A program made the translations under genes and the position numbers. A stretch of DNA of 64,000 nt, from the NCBI GenBank assembly GCA_964422145.1, contig CAYQZV010000004.1, forward strand, positions 53,323 through 117,322, in the 5' to 3' direction. Position 1 is the first letter of the stretch. The number at the start of each line of letters is the position of its first letter. Below are positions 52,481 through 62,623 of the stretch, piece by piece. The notes below the pieces were generated by a model. The model was given only the letters and a program-made list of their open reading frames with translations, did no database searches and was not told the DNA's origin. The stretch comes from an uncultured bacterium (GTDB taxonomy: Bacteria > Fidelibacterota > Marinisomatia > Marinisomatales > JACNKV01).

Positions 52481-52924
52481 ATGAATATTTTAATCCTACA
52501 GGGACCTAATTTAAATTTGCTTGGACTGAAATCGTCAAAAACTGGAAACCAGTTAACGTTGGACAAAGTGAATCGCGGTTTGCGTTACCATGTCCGCAAC
52601 ACGGACATTGAATTAAAAATCTTTCAAACCCACAAACTGGAAAAGGTCATCACGCTCATTCAGCGAAATCGTAATTGGGCTGATGGAATTTTGATCGCAC
52701 CGATGGCTTGGGCGCACTACGAATATGTGCTGAAAGAAACGTTAGATTTGATTGACCTTCCTTTTATTGAAATCCATTTTGACGGGGATTTTCATATGGG
52801 GACATCTGCAGATGATTCCATCTTATCTACTCTACGTACTGATGTTATCACCAATACACCCGATCAGGCATTTATTGATGGAATGGATGTGCTTGTCAAA
52901 GTCATAGAAAAACACGAGAAATAA
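52481..52924 (+). CDS. aroQ: Type II 3-dehydroquinate dehydratase-like protein with degenerate active site
   Basis: ILQGPNLNLLG, FQT, PFIEIH; lacks the RExxxYG lid, the NP motif and the SN...R...R motif. Confidence 0.7.
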   Translation: MNILILQGPNLNLLGLKSSKTGNQLTLDKVNRGLRYHVRNTDIELKIFQTHKLEKVITLIQRNRNWADGILIAPMAWAHYEYVLKETLDLIDLPFIEIHFDGDFHMGTSADDSILSTLRTDVITNTPDQAFIDGMDVLVKVIEKHEK

Positions 52925-53989
52925 TTGACTGCTGTCTTTCGTTCGTTTTCTCTTGGGGTAATTCTTTTCCTGCTCACAGGATGTTCTCAGAATCCTCAAC
53001 CTAAGCCGGATGCGTTGGTATTTCCGCCGATAACCCATACCTTTGGACAGGATTCCCTTCATGTCTTCATTTCAGGACACAAAACTCATTTTGTAAACCC
53101 AATTCATCAAGACAGTCTTTTGTTCTCAGCGGGTGCAGAAATATTGAACCATAAGCTTTTGGGTTTTGAAGATACATCATTAAGACAATTTATCCGTGAA
53201 GAACTTCGTCCGGAAGATGTTACCCATTTAGCGTGGTTGGAACTATCAACCGTTATACATGATAAATCAATCCTCACGCTTGATTACCTGATCAATTATT
53301 CATCGATAGATAAGTTTATTTCCGCTGCGGTCGATAAACATTATCATAATGCTTCTTTGCCTATTGAACCCTTATTTGCCAACTCGACTCAACTGCCAAT
53401 GGTAAACGATTTCCAAAACACTCAGCTATTATTGCCGTGTGATTCAATCCCTGTTCCATTAAATCCATTGTTTTTACCAAATTCACCCCGGAATTACCGC
53501 AACGGCATCCATCGCGGGATTGATTTTCAGGCTAATTGGGGAACACCGATTCGCGCCGTGGCAGACGGAATTATAATTCGTGCAGATCAGCATTACGAAG
53601 AAATATCTCCTTCGTTTTTAGAAACCATTTTAGATCATGCTGAACTAACCGGACATACACCGTCAGATTTGTTTAACCACATACTTCTCGGGCGGGCGGT
53701 GATCATCGACCATGGATTTAATGTCGTCCCCGGATATCGTTCTATTTCTATTCATGCTCACCTCTCGGAAATTTATCCGTATATTACTCGCGGATATGAA
53801 ATCAAAAAGGGGGATTACTTCGGTAAAGTCGGAAACTCCGGTTTAATGAGCGCCACAAAAGGAAATCAAGGTGGGACTCATCTTCATTTTGAATTCATTA
53901 TACAAAACAAAGACGGAGAATATTATCTTGGGCAAACTCTCGAATATTCTCCTCTAATCGAATTACTACAATCTATTTTTATAAATTAG
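52925..53989 (+). CDS. M23-family metallopeptidase lipoprotein
   Basis: Lipobox LTGC; HRGIDF, HAHLS, HLHFE. Confidence 0.9.
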   Translation: MTAVFRSFSLGVILFLLTGCSQNPQPKPDALVFPPITHTFGQDSLHVFISGHKTHFVNPIHQDSLLFSAGAEILNHKLLGFEDTSLRQFIREELRPEDVTHLAWLELSTVIHDKSILTLDYLINYSSIDKFISAAVDKHYHNASLPIEPLFANSTQLPMVNDFQNTQLLLPCDSIPVPLNPLFLPNSPRNYRNGIHRGIDFQANWGTPIRAVADGIIIRADQHYEEISPSFLETILDHAELTGHTPSDLFNHILLGRAVIIDHGFNVVPGYRSISIHAHLSEIYPYITRGYEIKKGDYFGKVGNSGLMSATKGNQGGTHLHFEFIIQNKDGEYYLGQTLEYSPLIELLQSIFIN

Positions 53990-53998
53990 CTTTGTAAT

Positions 53999-54030
53999 AA
54001 AAAAGGGGTCTTGGATAAGACCCCTTTTTT
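53999..54030. terminator. Bidirectional intrinsic terminator
   Basis: AAAAAAGGGGTCTT-GGAT-AAGACCCCTTTTTT between convergent operons. Confidence 0.92.
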
Positions 54031-54038
54031 ATTTATTC

Positions 54039-55391
54039 TTAATCAAGAAACCATTCACCTGATAAAAAACTATTCAATGTTTCAAGATAATTTATATAGT
54101 CTGTTGTTTGGACACAGTCAATTAAGTAACTCCCATATTTATAAGAAATGAGATATTCATCGCCGTCACTGCTTTCTGATGGTAAATTAACCATATTATA
54201 ATGATATGGAATACCATTAACTGTATCCGCTGGGGCATCGGTATCGGGATCTACTGGTGTCCAAAGACTGCTCTCTATATCAGTGAACACCTCTTCTTCT
54301 GACAATACAGAGAAAAAATAACCTGTTCCATCATCTTCATAAACCCCGTCGGCAAGAGTTGTATCATTATTGGCATCAACATAGTACCACGTCGTAACCT
54401 CTTCAACAGAGATCTTTTGAACACTCTCTATTTGAAAGACACCTTTTTTCCCAAGGTTTAGCACAACAAAGTCGCGTGAAGCAGACCCCGGCTGTGCATG
54501 AGACACCGTTTGGGCAAATATTCTTTCTTCATTAGAAACAAAAGAATATTCGGAATTAAGTTCAACAATATTGTGGTTTAACAGATAATCAAACAACTCT
54601 CCTTTCACAGAAGCATTATCATTATTAATGTCTTTGATATCATCCACAATAATAGTATAACCAGAAGGAATATTTAATGAAACGGGCTCATCAAGTTCGT
54701 TTAAATTAAATCCTTGTATAACCTCTTCTGTATTCACCCACGGACTAATTTCAATGCTCGTGGGTTCAGTTATTACCCAAATATTAAATACCGGGAGAAT
54801 ATGTTCTAATGCGTCTTGAAATCGACTTACATTGAAATAGGTTTGAGCCAATGCGACATGGATTTCTTCAAAGGTGAAATCCGGGTCATGTGATGTGGAA
54901 TAGTCTTCATCATAAACAAAAACCTTCTCACCCATTTCGATGATTTGATTATTTAATGCAGCAAGATCATCTTCAGTAGGATTTTGTTCCGGATCAGTCT
55001 GGGCTGAGAATCTATTGTCCAATGCAATCAAGAAAAGGCCCGCATAAGCATCTGCCATAGACGCATTATCATTGCTTTCATTAGCTAAATTCAATACAAC
55101 ATTGAATTCCACCATTGAATGCTGTGCATAGCCTAATCGTAGATAGGTCCATCCTTTCCCGATATAGCCTTCTATTGCTTGTGCATTACGCTCTGATGTT
55201 AATTGAAACGCATCTAGCGCCAACTCATAATCTCCTCCTAAATAGTACTCCCAACCGTCACTAATCAATGACTCAACCGTATTATATGAATTTGGAGTGT
55301 CTGAGCTTAAATCTTTCCGGCAACTTGTGAGTACGAGTAAACCAAGTAATCCGAAAACGATAGGTTGAAATATTGTTTTGCTTCTATTCAT
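54039..55391 (-). CDS. Acidic lipoprotein with N-terminal TPR repeats
   Basis: Lipobox LTSC; GWEYY.GGDYELAL..F, GYIGKGWTYLRLG. Confidence 0.75.
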   Translation of the reverse strand: MNRSKTIFQPIVFGLLGLLVLTSCRKDLSSDTPNSYNTVESLISDGWEYYLGGDYELALDAFQLTSERNAQAIEGYIGKGWTYLRLGYAQHSMVEFNVVLNLANESNDNASMADAYAGLFLIALDNRFSAQTDPEQNPTEDDLAALNNQIIEMGEKVFVYDEDYSTSHDPDFTFEEIHVALAQTYFNVSRFQDALEHILPVFNIWVITEPTSIEISPWVNTEEVIQGFNLNELDEPVSLNIPSGYTIIVDDIKDINNDNASVKGELFDYLLNHNIVELNSEYSFVSNEERIFAQTVSHAQPGSASRDFVVLNLGKKGVFQIESVQKISVEEVTTWYYVDANNDTTLADGVYEDDGTGYFFSVLSEEEVFTDIESSLWTPVDPDTDAPADTVNGIPYHYNMVNLPSESSDGDEYLISYKYGSYLIDCVQTTDYINYLETLNSFLSGEWFLD

Positions 55392-58300
55392 TATTTCACC
55401 ATTATCATTTTATATGTTTTTGAAAATTGTTCAGTCTCAAGCCTATAAAAATATACACCTGAGGAAACCTTGTTTCCTGTATGGTCCATTCCCATCCATT
55501 GTACTGAGTACTTGCCTGCCGGCTGATACTCATTGACCAATGTTTTTACGTTTCTTCCCAAAAGATTATATACAGTCAACGACACATTCGTTGGTTCAGG
55601 AATATCATATTTAATCATTGTGCTCGGGTTAAACGGATTTGGATGGTTTTGATACAATGAATACCTATTGGGTAACTCATCTGTTAATTTGTTCGAATTA
55701 ATCACAAGTTGAATGTCACCGCATTGATTTAATTCTGCTGTTACAGAATTGCTTGCTATATCAACATGTGTATTGAGAATATGGTATTCTCCGTTCAATT
55801 CATAACAAATATCAAGTTTCCTCTTTTCGCTTTCAGATAGGTTGAGCGAAGAAATATCAAAACCAATTGTAATAGGTTTATTGATTTGAACTGTTGAATT
55901 CCCTACAGCAAAGGCATTGCCAACCGACGTGTATAGTCCATTCGCAACATCCTGATTTGTTCGAATAACAGTAAGCAAATCACCTTCATCTATTGCTTCT
56001 GGAGGAATCGTCATTGTAATTCGTGTCAAAGCACTCGCAAAAACCCGACCGGATTGAGGGTCGTTTTTAATTGCTACAATGAAGACGCTATCTGATGCAA
56101 CAGTATTTCCACCGATGCTTTCGGCATGCCCGATAAACCAATATTCCGATATCGTCGTAGGCAAGAATGATCTGAGATCAAACGGTTTACTGTAGACAAA
56201 ACCGTTGCCGGCATCGTAAGACTGTGGAACAATAAAGGATGTTACAATGCTTTCTCCATTGCTCACTTCCACAAGCGGCCCTTCCAGATCACTGTCTGTG
56301 CTTGATGCCCCGTCTCCATAGATCGCTACGTCACTAAAGGCAAATATATCCAAGTAATTAACCAGATCAGCATTTTGATTTATTTGCAGATCAAAGATGG
56401 CAGGAGAGTCCGTTTCGTCATCAACCACAAAAGATCCGCCCGCGTCATTTCCAGATTCTTTGCACACGACAATCAATGCAAAATATTGAAACTCGTTGAT
56501 CTCAGAGCTGTCACTAACTGACTCAACACTTGATCCAAAGTCGCTCCAGTCTGTGTAAACAACTCGTTTTTGATTATCATCTAAGCTTAAAAGCTCAACA
56601 TACGCCGTAGAGTCTTTTTGTGATTTATTTTGCTGCTTAATCAGGAACACATCAAAATCTCCTTGATCAGAAGCATTTAAGACCAATGTTTCCTGATTAA
56701 AATCAACAGCTTTGTTTAGCCAGTTCCCATTGTTGTCCACCCATTTTTCGGTCTGAATAAACTTAACAGACCAATTTTTAATGGTTTCGGAGTAGGGTGA
56801 AAAACCAGAGGACACACCCCAAGGATACGTAGACGCTGCAATCCCTACGTCAATATTTTCAAATCCATATAAACCGCCGTAAAGCGATTGATCCGGATTG
56901 TCAAAATGGATAGCCAGTGCCCAATCAGCATAAACTTCGGCAAATGTTTTCTCTGAGCCGGTCGATGAAATGGCTGTGTTAAGCCCTTCGGTTCCATTCC
57001 CTTCTTCCTGAACAATGGCTGAAATTAATTTTCCGCTGTTTTCTTCAAATGGAGATTCGTAGAAATATTTTTCATACAAATACTCTATTAATAAAAACAG
57101 CTGGTCAAATTCAGTTTGTGTCGCATAATCACCAAACATTAAACTATTATTATTTGACAACGAGAATACATCACCGTCCGGCATGGTTTTATGTCCTGTC
57201 AAATATGCCGCAAAATGCTCTAATCCGGTTAATACCCATTCTTCTTCATCATTGTCATAATTATGTGCAATCAATCGACCAAGCGCTCTGGCTATGCCTT
57301 CCTGTGCATCACCCGGATCCTGAGGATCACTATCAATATAGATCATATCTAACGCATTGCTGTTTAAGTTTGTTGGGTCTTGATCAGCCGGATTGAAGTA
57401 TCCCTGGATAATCAGGTCGCTTGTTGAGTTATAAGCATTATCATCCATATCCGCGATTAAAATGTTCATTTTTTCGGAATTATCAACATCCGGAATCTGA
57501 CCGAAATATCCTATCACAAAATCATAAATACCCATTTGCTCATTTGTAACCGTGGTTGAATCTACAGCTTGAAGAATGCTCTGCACATCTTCTGGACTTG
57601 AGGATCGATGTGTTAATCCGATGTTAATTGGTACCCATGTGCTTCCACCATCATAAGATGCCAATACTCCTCCAGTACGGTAAGTCACGGTTCTCGGATC
57701 ATCAAATTGATTATTACCACAACTTACAAATAATGTGTCTTCACTCATAACTACAACAGATGTAATAACATATGAGATTTGATCTTCGGTATTCAACATC
57801 CCAATTTGTGGTGTGATCTCTGTCCAGCCGGATTCTCCAATAACATGTTTTTGAAGTCCTTCTGAAGTTGCTGCAAATAAAACATCTTCATTTGCAGAGA
57901 GTTTAACATCATTCACTATGCTTTCAAAGACACCAAGTGTTTCACCGGAAAGGGACTTGATTTCGCTCCCTGTTGAGTAAAACAGATTACCTGCAGAATC
58001 CATGTCAATATCATAGATCGGTTCCGTTCCAGTTAAATGTACAACTAAATTAGAAGGATCATAATCAGCGTAATCCAACAGATCGGGGTCTAACAAACCT
58101 TCCTGATAAATATAGTCGTTCTTTAACTCAACAACACCACTTGCACTGATTTTACTCTTCCATTTTGTTTGATTGACCGTGTCTGCAATATTTACATACT
58201 GTCCGATATGGTTTGCGCCATCCACATCAAGTCCTAAGTGCCAGGAAAGCGTATCTAACGTATTAAAGTAATCATAAACCCATACGGTATCTCCGGTAGC

Positions 58301-59191
58301 CCAATCTAAAGTGAATTGATTCGTTTGGGTTGAGTCTATACCCTCTTCTACAACATAGATTAAATCATGGGAAAGAATATCAACCGTGCCATTACCAATC
58401 GGAAGGGCATCAACCAATGTTTGATCAATTGAACCACAGAACATTCCATATTCAGATGCAAAATAAATTTTCCCATCATGTGCCTGCAAATCATAGGTTG
58501 GAACACTTGGCCAATCAGTTGTAGATGGATCGGGAAGGGCATGTCCAACATTCTGAAAACGAGAGCCAGATTTGTAAAAAAGACCACCTATGGTTGCAGC
58601 ATACGGTTTATCGATCCCTGGAGCAAAATACATTTTGTTCACAGTAGGATTATGTCCGTCAAACGTTGGAACCCCTGTGGATTTCTTCTTCCACGTGTCA
58701 CCGGCATTTGTTGTTCGATATACTGTTTTTGTATCATCGGTTCCCTTCAATCCAACCCACCATGTTTCTTCATCTTCAAAGGCGATCGAGTTCACCGATT
58801 CTTTATGCTGGCTTGCAATAGAATCAATGTTAGCCAGGTTGTTCGCCGGTTGATCCGGAAGCGCATTAGATTCAGATGTCCCGTGTGAAGCAACCCATGT
58901 GTCTCCCCGGTCTGTTGAAATAAACACACCGGAATTTGTTGTGGCTACCAGTATGGAATCATTGTAAGGTGAAAAGGCTAAATCGCGTACTAAAGCATCT
59001 TCAGTAAACACAAATGCATTGTCACCTTCTGCATTTAATGTAGCGCTAGCCTGATAATATCCTGAGAAAAAGCCCTGCCCTAGAACCCAAAACATATAAT
59101 TGTTTCCAATTTCAGCTTGATCTGCTCCGGCAGAGATAATTTGAGAATTTATCAGAGCAAATGTTAATATTATTTTTTCAAGATGTTTCAT
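55391..59191 (-). CDS. Large secreted protein: BNR beta-propeller, inactive M30-like peptidase domain and FlgD/T9SS-type C-terminal domain
   Basis: Asp-boxes STDRGDTW, TTNAGDTW, SYDGGSTW; C-terminus YSLYQNHPNPFNPST...SSGVYFYRL...KMIMVK. Confidence 0.8.
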   Translation of the reverse strand: MKHLEKIILTFALINSQIISAGADQAEIGNNYMFWVLGQGFFSGYYQASATLNAEGDNAFVFTEDALVRDLAFSPYNDSILVATTNSGVFISTDRGDTWVASHGTSESNALPDQPANNLANIDSIASQHKESVNSIAFEDEETWWVGLKGTDDTKTVYRTTNAGDTWKKKSTGVPTFDGHNPTVNKMYFAPGIDKPYAATIGGLFYKSGSRFQNVGHALPDPSTTDWPSVPTYDLQAHDGKIYFASEYGMFCGSIDQTLVDALPIGNGTVDILSHDLIYVVEEGIDSTQTNQFTLDWATGDTVWVYDYFNTLDTLSWHLGLDVDGANHIGQYVNIADTVNQTKWKSKISASGVVELKNDYIYQEGLLDPDLLDYADYDPSNLVVHLTGTEPIYDIDMDSAGNLFYSTGSEIKSLSGETLGVFESIVNDVKLSANEDVLFAATSEGLQKHVIGESGWTEITPQIGMLNTEDQISYVITSVVVMSEDTLFVSCGNNQFDDPRTVTYRTGGVLASYDGGSTWVPINIGLTHRSSSPEDVQSILQAVDSTTVTNEQMGIYDFVIGYFGQIPDVDNSEKMNILIADMDDNAYNSTSDLIIQGYFNPADQDPTNLNSNALDMIYIDSDPQDPGDAQEGIARALGRLIAHNYDNDEEEWVLTGLEHFAAYLTGHKTMPDGDVFSLSNNNSLMFGDYATQTEFDQLFLLIEYLYEKYFYESPFEENSGKLISAIVQEEGNGTEGLNTAISSTGSEKTFAEVYADWALAIHFDNPDQSLYGGLYGFENIDVGIAASTYPWGVSSGFSPYSETIKNWSVKFIQTEKWVDNNGNWLNKAVDFNQETLVLNASDQGDFDVFLIKQQNKSQKDSTAYVELLSLDDNQKRVVYTDWSDFGSSVESVSDSSEINEFQYFALIVVCKESGNDAGGSFVVDDETDSPAIFDLQINQNADLVNYLDIFAFSDVAIYGDGASSTDSDLEGPLVEVSNGESIVTSFIVPQSYDAGNGFVYSKPFDLRSFLPTTISEYWFIGHAESIGGNTVASDSVFIVAIKNDPQSGRVFASALTRITMTIPPEAIDEGDLLTVIRTNQDVANGLYTSVGNAFAVGNSTVQINKPITIGFDISSLNLSESEKRKLDICYELNGEYHILNTHVDIASNSVTAELNQCGDIQLVINSNKLTDELPNRYSLYQNHPNPFNPSTMIKYDIPEPTNVSLTVYNLLGRNVKTLVNEYQPAGKYSVQWMGMDHTGNKVSSGVYFYRLETEQFSKTYKMIMVK

Positions 59192-59206
59192 ATTATGCTC
59201 TTAAAG

Positions 59207-60277
59207 TTAAATTTGAATTCCAAATGATGCAAGGTATGTAGGATCAAATAACCTGTAATCTGTCATACCAATATCAATGTTCACTCTTCCAAAATTAGCA
59301 ATTGGATAGTTCTTGACTCCTACGCCGATCGATGCACCCCTTGAGTCATCATTAAACACGTATCCAGCTCTCCAAACAAAGAACTTATAGAAGGTATATT
59401 CCGTTCCCAGGTTGATTCTTTCATGGTTGTCGGCAGGATGTTCTGCAACAACTGAAAGAACTACTTTATGATTTTGGATATCATAGGGTGTCGCTGCAAC
59501 TCCAAACCTGAATGTCAGAGGTAATCCGTAAGGACGGAATGTGTTTTCTTCCGGTTCGCCGTCATCACCTAGAATTGGTTCACCGTTATTATAATCAACA
59601 AAACTACCATCAAGTTGTAAATCCGGTCCGAAGTTTCGAATGGACATTCCCAACTTTAACGTTTTATAGTTTGTGTCATACAATGTCCCAACATCAAAAG
59701 CCCAAGTGTTGCCGGCACCAAAACCTTCTTCTTCACCCGATAAGCCTTTTGCAAAAGCCTCGTGAATGAATTTTACATGAGCACCAAAACTGAATTTATC
59801 TGAAATGCTGGTACCATATCCAAGTCCGATTGCATAGCTTCCGGCACTGAACGTTTCGCCATTGATGCTTCCATCTTGGTCTTCAATGGTTGTAACCGAC
59901 ATATCACCGCTTGATAATGACACCATGCTGACAGCAAGGGTTCCTCTTATTTGCGGTACTTTTATTGAGTATGCTGCGGCGATAAGATCAATATCAGCGA
60001 ACCATTTCGTTTTAGATGCAAAAACATATTGTTTTGGAGCCGTAGCAAGTCCCGCTGGGTTCCAAAATACTGATGAGGCATCCTGTAACAGGGGGTCCAT
60101 TGCTGCACCCATTGCAAATCCTCTTGCGCCAATATCAAGCTTAAGGAATTGGGCACCAACAAAACCGACTTTCGCAGTTTTTGAACCTTCAGAGTCCGAA
60201 TCGCTTGCAAGGGCAATGCCTATAGAGATTAACAGAAAACCTAATGTTTTCCATGTTGTATTTATTTTCTTAATCAT
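59207..60277 (-). CDS. PorV/PorQ-family outer-membrane protein
   Basis: AQFLKLDIGARGFAMG, VFWNPAGLA, DVGTLY, LPLTFRFG. Confidence 0.85.
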   Translation of the reverse strand: MIKKINTTWKTLGFLLISIGIALASDSDSEGSKTAKVGFVGAQFLKLDIGARGFAMGAAMDPLLQDASSVFWNPAGLATAPKQYVFASKTKWFADIDLIAAAYSIKVPQIRGTLAVSMVSLSSGDMSVTTIEDQDGSINGETFSAGSYAIGLGYGTSISDKFSFGAHVKFIHEAFAKGLSGEEEGFGAGNTWAFDVGTLYDTNYKTLKLGMSIRNFGPDLQLDGSFVDYNNGEPILGDDGEPEENTFRPYGLPLTFRFGVAATPYDIQNHKVVLSVVAEHPADNHERINLGTEYTFYKFFVWRAGYVFNDDSRGASIGVGVKNYPIANFGRVNIDIGMTDYRLFDPTYLASFGIQI

Positions 60278-62607
60278 TAGTTACCCCTCAGAATAACGAA
60301 TTTTCCAATTTGTTTAGATGGGAATGTTTTCAGGGCTGTTTCAACCACATAAACATACATACCGCTTACAACATCTAAATCTGATTTTGACGATAAGTCC
60401 CATGCATCATCAGTGGAGCTGTCATTGTGGTAAATTTCTTGAATGACATCTCCTGTGATACTTAAGATCGTAATTTTACACGCGGGCGGCAAATTGGTAA
60501 AGTTTATTTTGTTCTCATATTGTGCCTCAAGCAGCGAAGCGCCTTTATATGGATTGGGATATACCGAAACACGCTTGCCATTCCATTCTTCTCCTTCTCC
60601 GTAAAACTTCCGTGGATAGACAGGTTCAGGAGCTCCGGTTGATGCGTCCGTCTTATAGTTGACTTTCGCTGATTCGATGGGCGGAAATTCAGGTTTCCCA
60701 TGTGCTGACGGGTTATCATAGGCTGTTACCACATAATAATATGGGAGATTGTTGGTCGGGCGATCAATCTCTGTAATCATATCTACCTCATTGCCATCTG
60801 CATCTGCAGCACGGAAGACTGAAGACGTATCAAAGAAACTGTGTGTCAACGCCGGTAAATCAAATTGCTGTTTGTTGAACAATGTGTCTCCTGTTTCAAA
60901 ATCCGTCACATAAACAGGGCCATCTACATTATCAAAGGCGCCGAGCAGTTCCCATTCTCCCGGGACGAATTTTGAACGATACACTCTATATCCTTCAAAA
61001 TCTGCTGCGCCGACCAATGGATCTACTTCTAATTCAGAAGAGTTATCCCAAGACATCATAACTCCTTGGTCCAACGGACTGTAGGCCAACACAGGGACAG
61101 GAGGAGGAATCGGCAATAGATAATGGATATCTTCATCCGGGGCTGACGGTTCATAAGGGCTAGAGGAACTTCCTGCAAAATATGCTATTAAAGCATTATC
61201 AGCATTGACTCGCAGATCCCTTATACCTTTTCCAACAATTGCCGCATAGACAAAATGTAAAGTGTCTCCCACCTCAAAATTATTAAACGGACCCGTTGTT
61301 AACATAAATCGGTAATCAAATGTTGGAGCGCCTACATTAAACGGATGGGGCATAAATTTATTTCCGCGACTTTCAATATGTGTCCCTGTTGCGTAGTCAA
61401 ATTTATCTCTGTCGGTCGCCGGATCTGATTCCCAATTCCACCACTGGTGACTAAAAACACGCATGAGTGTATCATCCTCTGTATCCATATAAGGGCCGTA
61501 TTTCCACATATCTGTATAGATCAGCCGACCGCCGATGAACCCGGGGACATCTCCACCCTCATTGGTATCATCTTCAGGTGTTGTTGGATCATCAGCATCA
61601 TACATAAAAGACATGTTCCTTGGGACAACATATCCTCTCAGTGTTACACCGTTAATAACAGCAACCTCGCCTGCGGTAGCAGTATAATCGGGGTTTACCG
61701 CATCAAGCTGCCATCTGATTTCCGGAGCATTGCTGTCATCAGAAATGAATACCGTGTATTCATCATAGAAACCATCGGGGTAAGCTAAGGTGGGTTCAAA
61801 ATCCGGCTGGTTGGATGATGGGCTTCCTACATTTTTCCAACCAAATGGAACACCGGCTTCACTGTATCCTTCAATAACGTCATCGCCATCCAAGTCACCA
61901 TTTTCAACCAGGTCTACTCTATATGTAATTTGGTTTTCCGGATTGTTACCATCCCAACCGTCAAAATCAACTGCATCATCAATATGGGGGTTTGTCGGAT
62001 CATTTCCTGTTCCGACATCGCAATCATATACCCAGCTGATGTACAGTTCGTTTAACTCATCTCCACTGTAGTCATCTCCGCTACGTTCCTTGATCACATC
62101 CAGTTCATAAATAACAAAGTCATCATAATCCGGAGTACTCCAGGTTAAACCTCTTTGTTTCATTTTAAGGCCAAGGGATGTTGTGGTATGCGGTCCGACA
62201 AAATCATCAAAGGTCGCATAACTGTCTTCAACTGATTTTCCCGGATAAGCCGGAAGATCAAAACTGCTTCCTTCTGTAGGATGAAATTCATACTGCCCGT
62301 AGTCAGCATGACTGCAGCGTTTTTCTCCATCGACCAATGCAGAAATCCACAATCGTCCTTCCCACAAATGATGTGTCCCACTTCCTCCTGGCCATTCCAT
62401 GGATGGAAGTCCCTCCGGCACATTGGGGTCACCATAGTTTCCAAAGTTGCTGGTTGCTGTCCACACTTTACCAACATTGTGGACCTTATATTCATCGACC
62501 GCCATATTTCTCGGAGACATTGGGTAATCAGTAACATTGATGTTTTTCCCAATTATCATGGAAAGTGAGAGTCCGATGACAATTATTGTTTTGTAGTATG
62601 TATTCAT
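60277..62607 (-). CDS. Secreted acidic protein with T9SS-like C-terminal domain
   Basis: SMEWPGGSGTHHLW, DFEGYRVYRS, YYYVVTAYD, VYPNPY...FTNLP...WDL...SGMYVYVV. Confidence 0.75.
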   Translation of the reverse strand: MNTYYKTIIVIGLSLSMIIGKNINVTDYPMSPRNMAVDEYKVHNVGKVWTATSNFGNYGDPNVPEGLPSMEWPGGSGTHHLWEGRLWISALVDGEKRCSHADYGQYEFHPTEGSSFDLPAYPGKSVEDSYATFDDFVGPHTTTSLGLKMKQRGLTWSTPDYDDFVIYELDVIKERSGDDYSGDELNELYISWVYDCDVGTGNDPTNPHIDDAVDFDGWDGNNPENQITYRVDLVENGDLDGDDVIEGYSEAGVPFGWKNVGSPSSNQPDFEPTLAYPDGFYDEYTVFISDDSNAPEIRWQLDAVNPDYTATAGEVAVINGVTLRGYVVPRNMSFMYDADDPTTPEDDTNEGGDVPGFIGGRLIYTDMWKYGPYMDTEDDTLMRVFSHQWWNWESDPATDRDKFDYATGTHIESRGNKFMPHPFNVGAPTFDYRFMLTTGPFNNFEVGDTLHFVYAAIVGKGIRDLRVNADNALIAYFAGSSSSPYEPSAPDEDIHYLLPIPPPVPVLAYSPLDQGVMMSWDNSSELEVDPLVGAADFEGYRVYRSKFVPGEWELLGAFDNVDGPVYVTDFETGDTLFNKQQFDLPALTHSFFDTSSVFRAADADGNEVDMITEIDRPTNNLPYYYVVTAYDNPSAHGKPEFPPIESAKVNYKTDASTGAPEPVYPRKFYGEGEEWNGKRVSVYPNPYKGASLLEAQYENKINFTNLPPACKITILSITGDVIQEIYHNDSSTDDAWDLSSKSDLDVVSGMYVYVVETALKTFPSKQIGKFVILRGN

Positions 62608-62623
62608 ATTTGTCTTCTATGTA

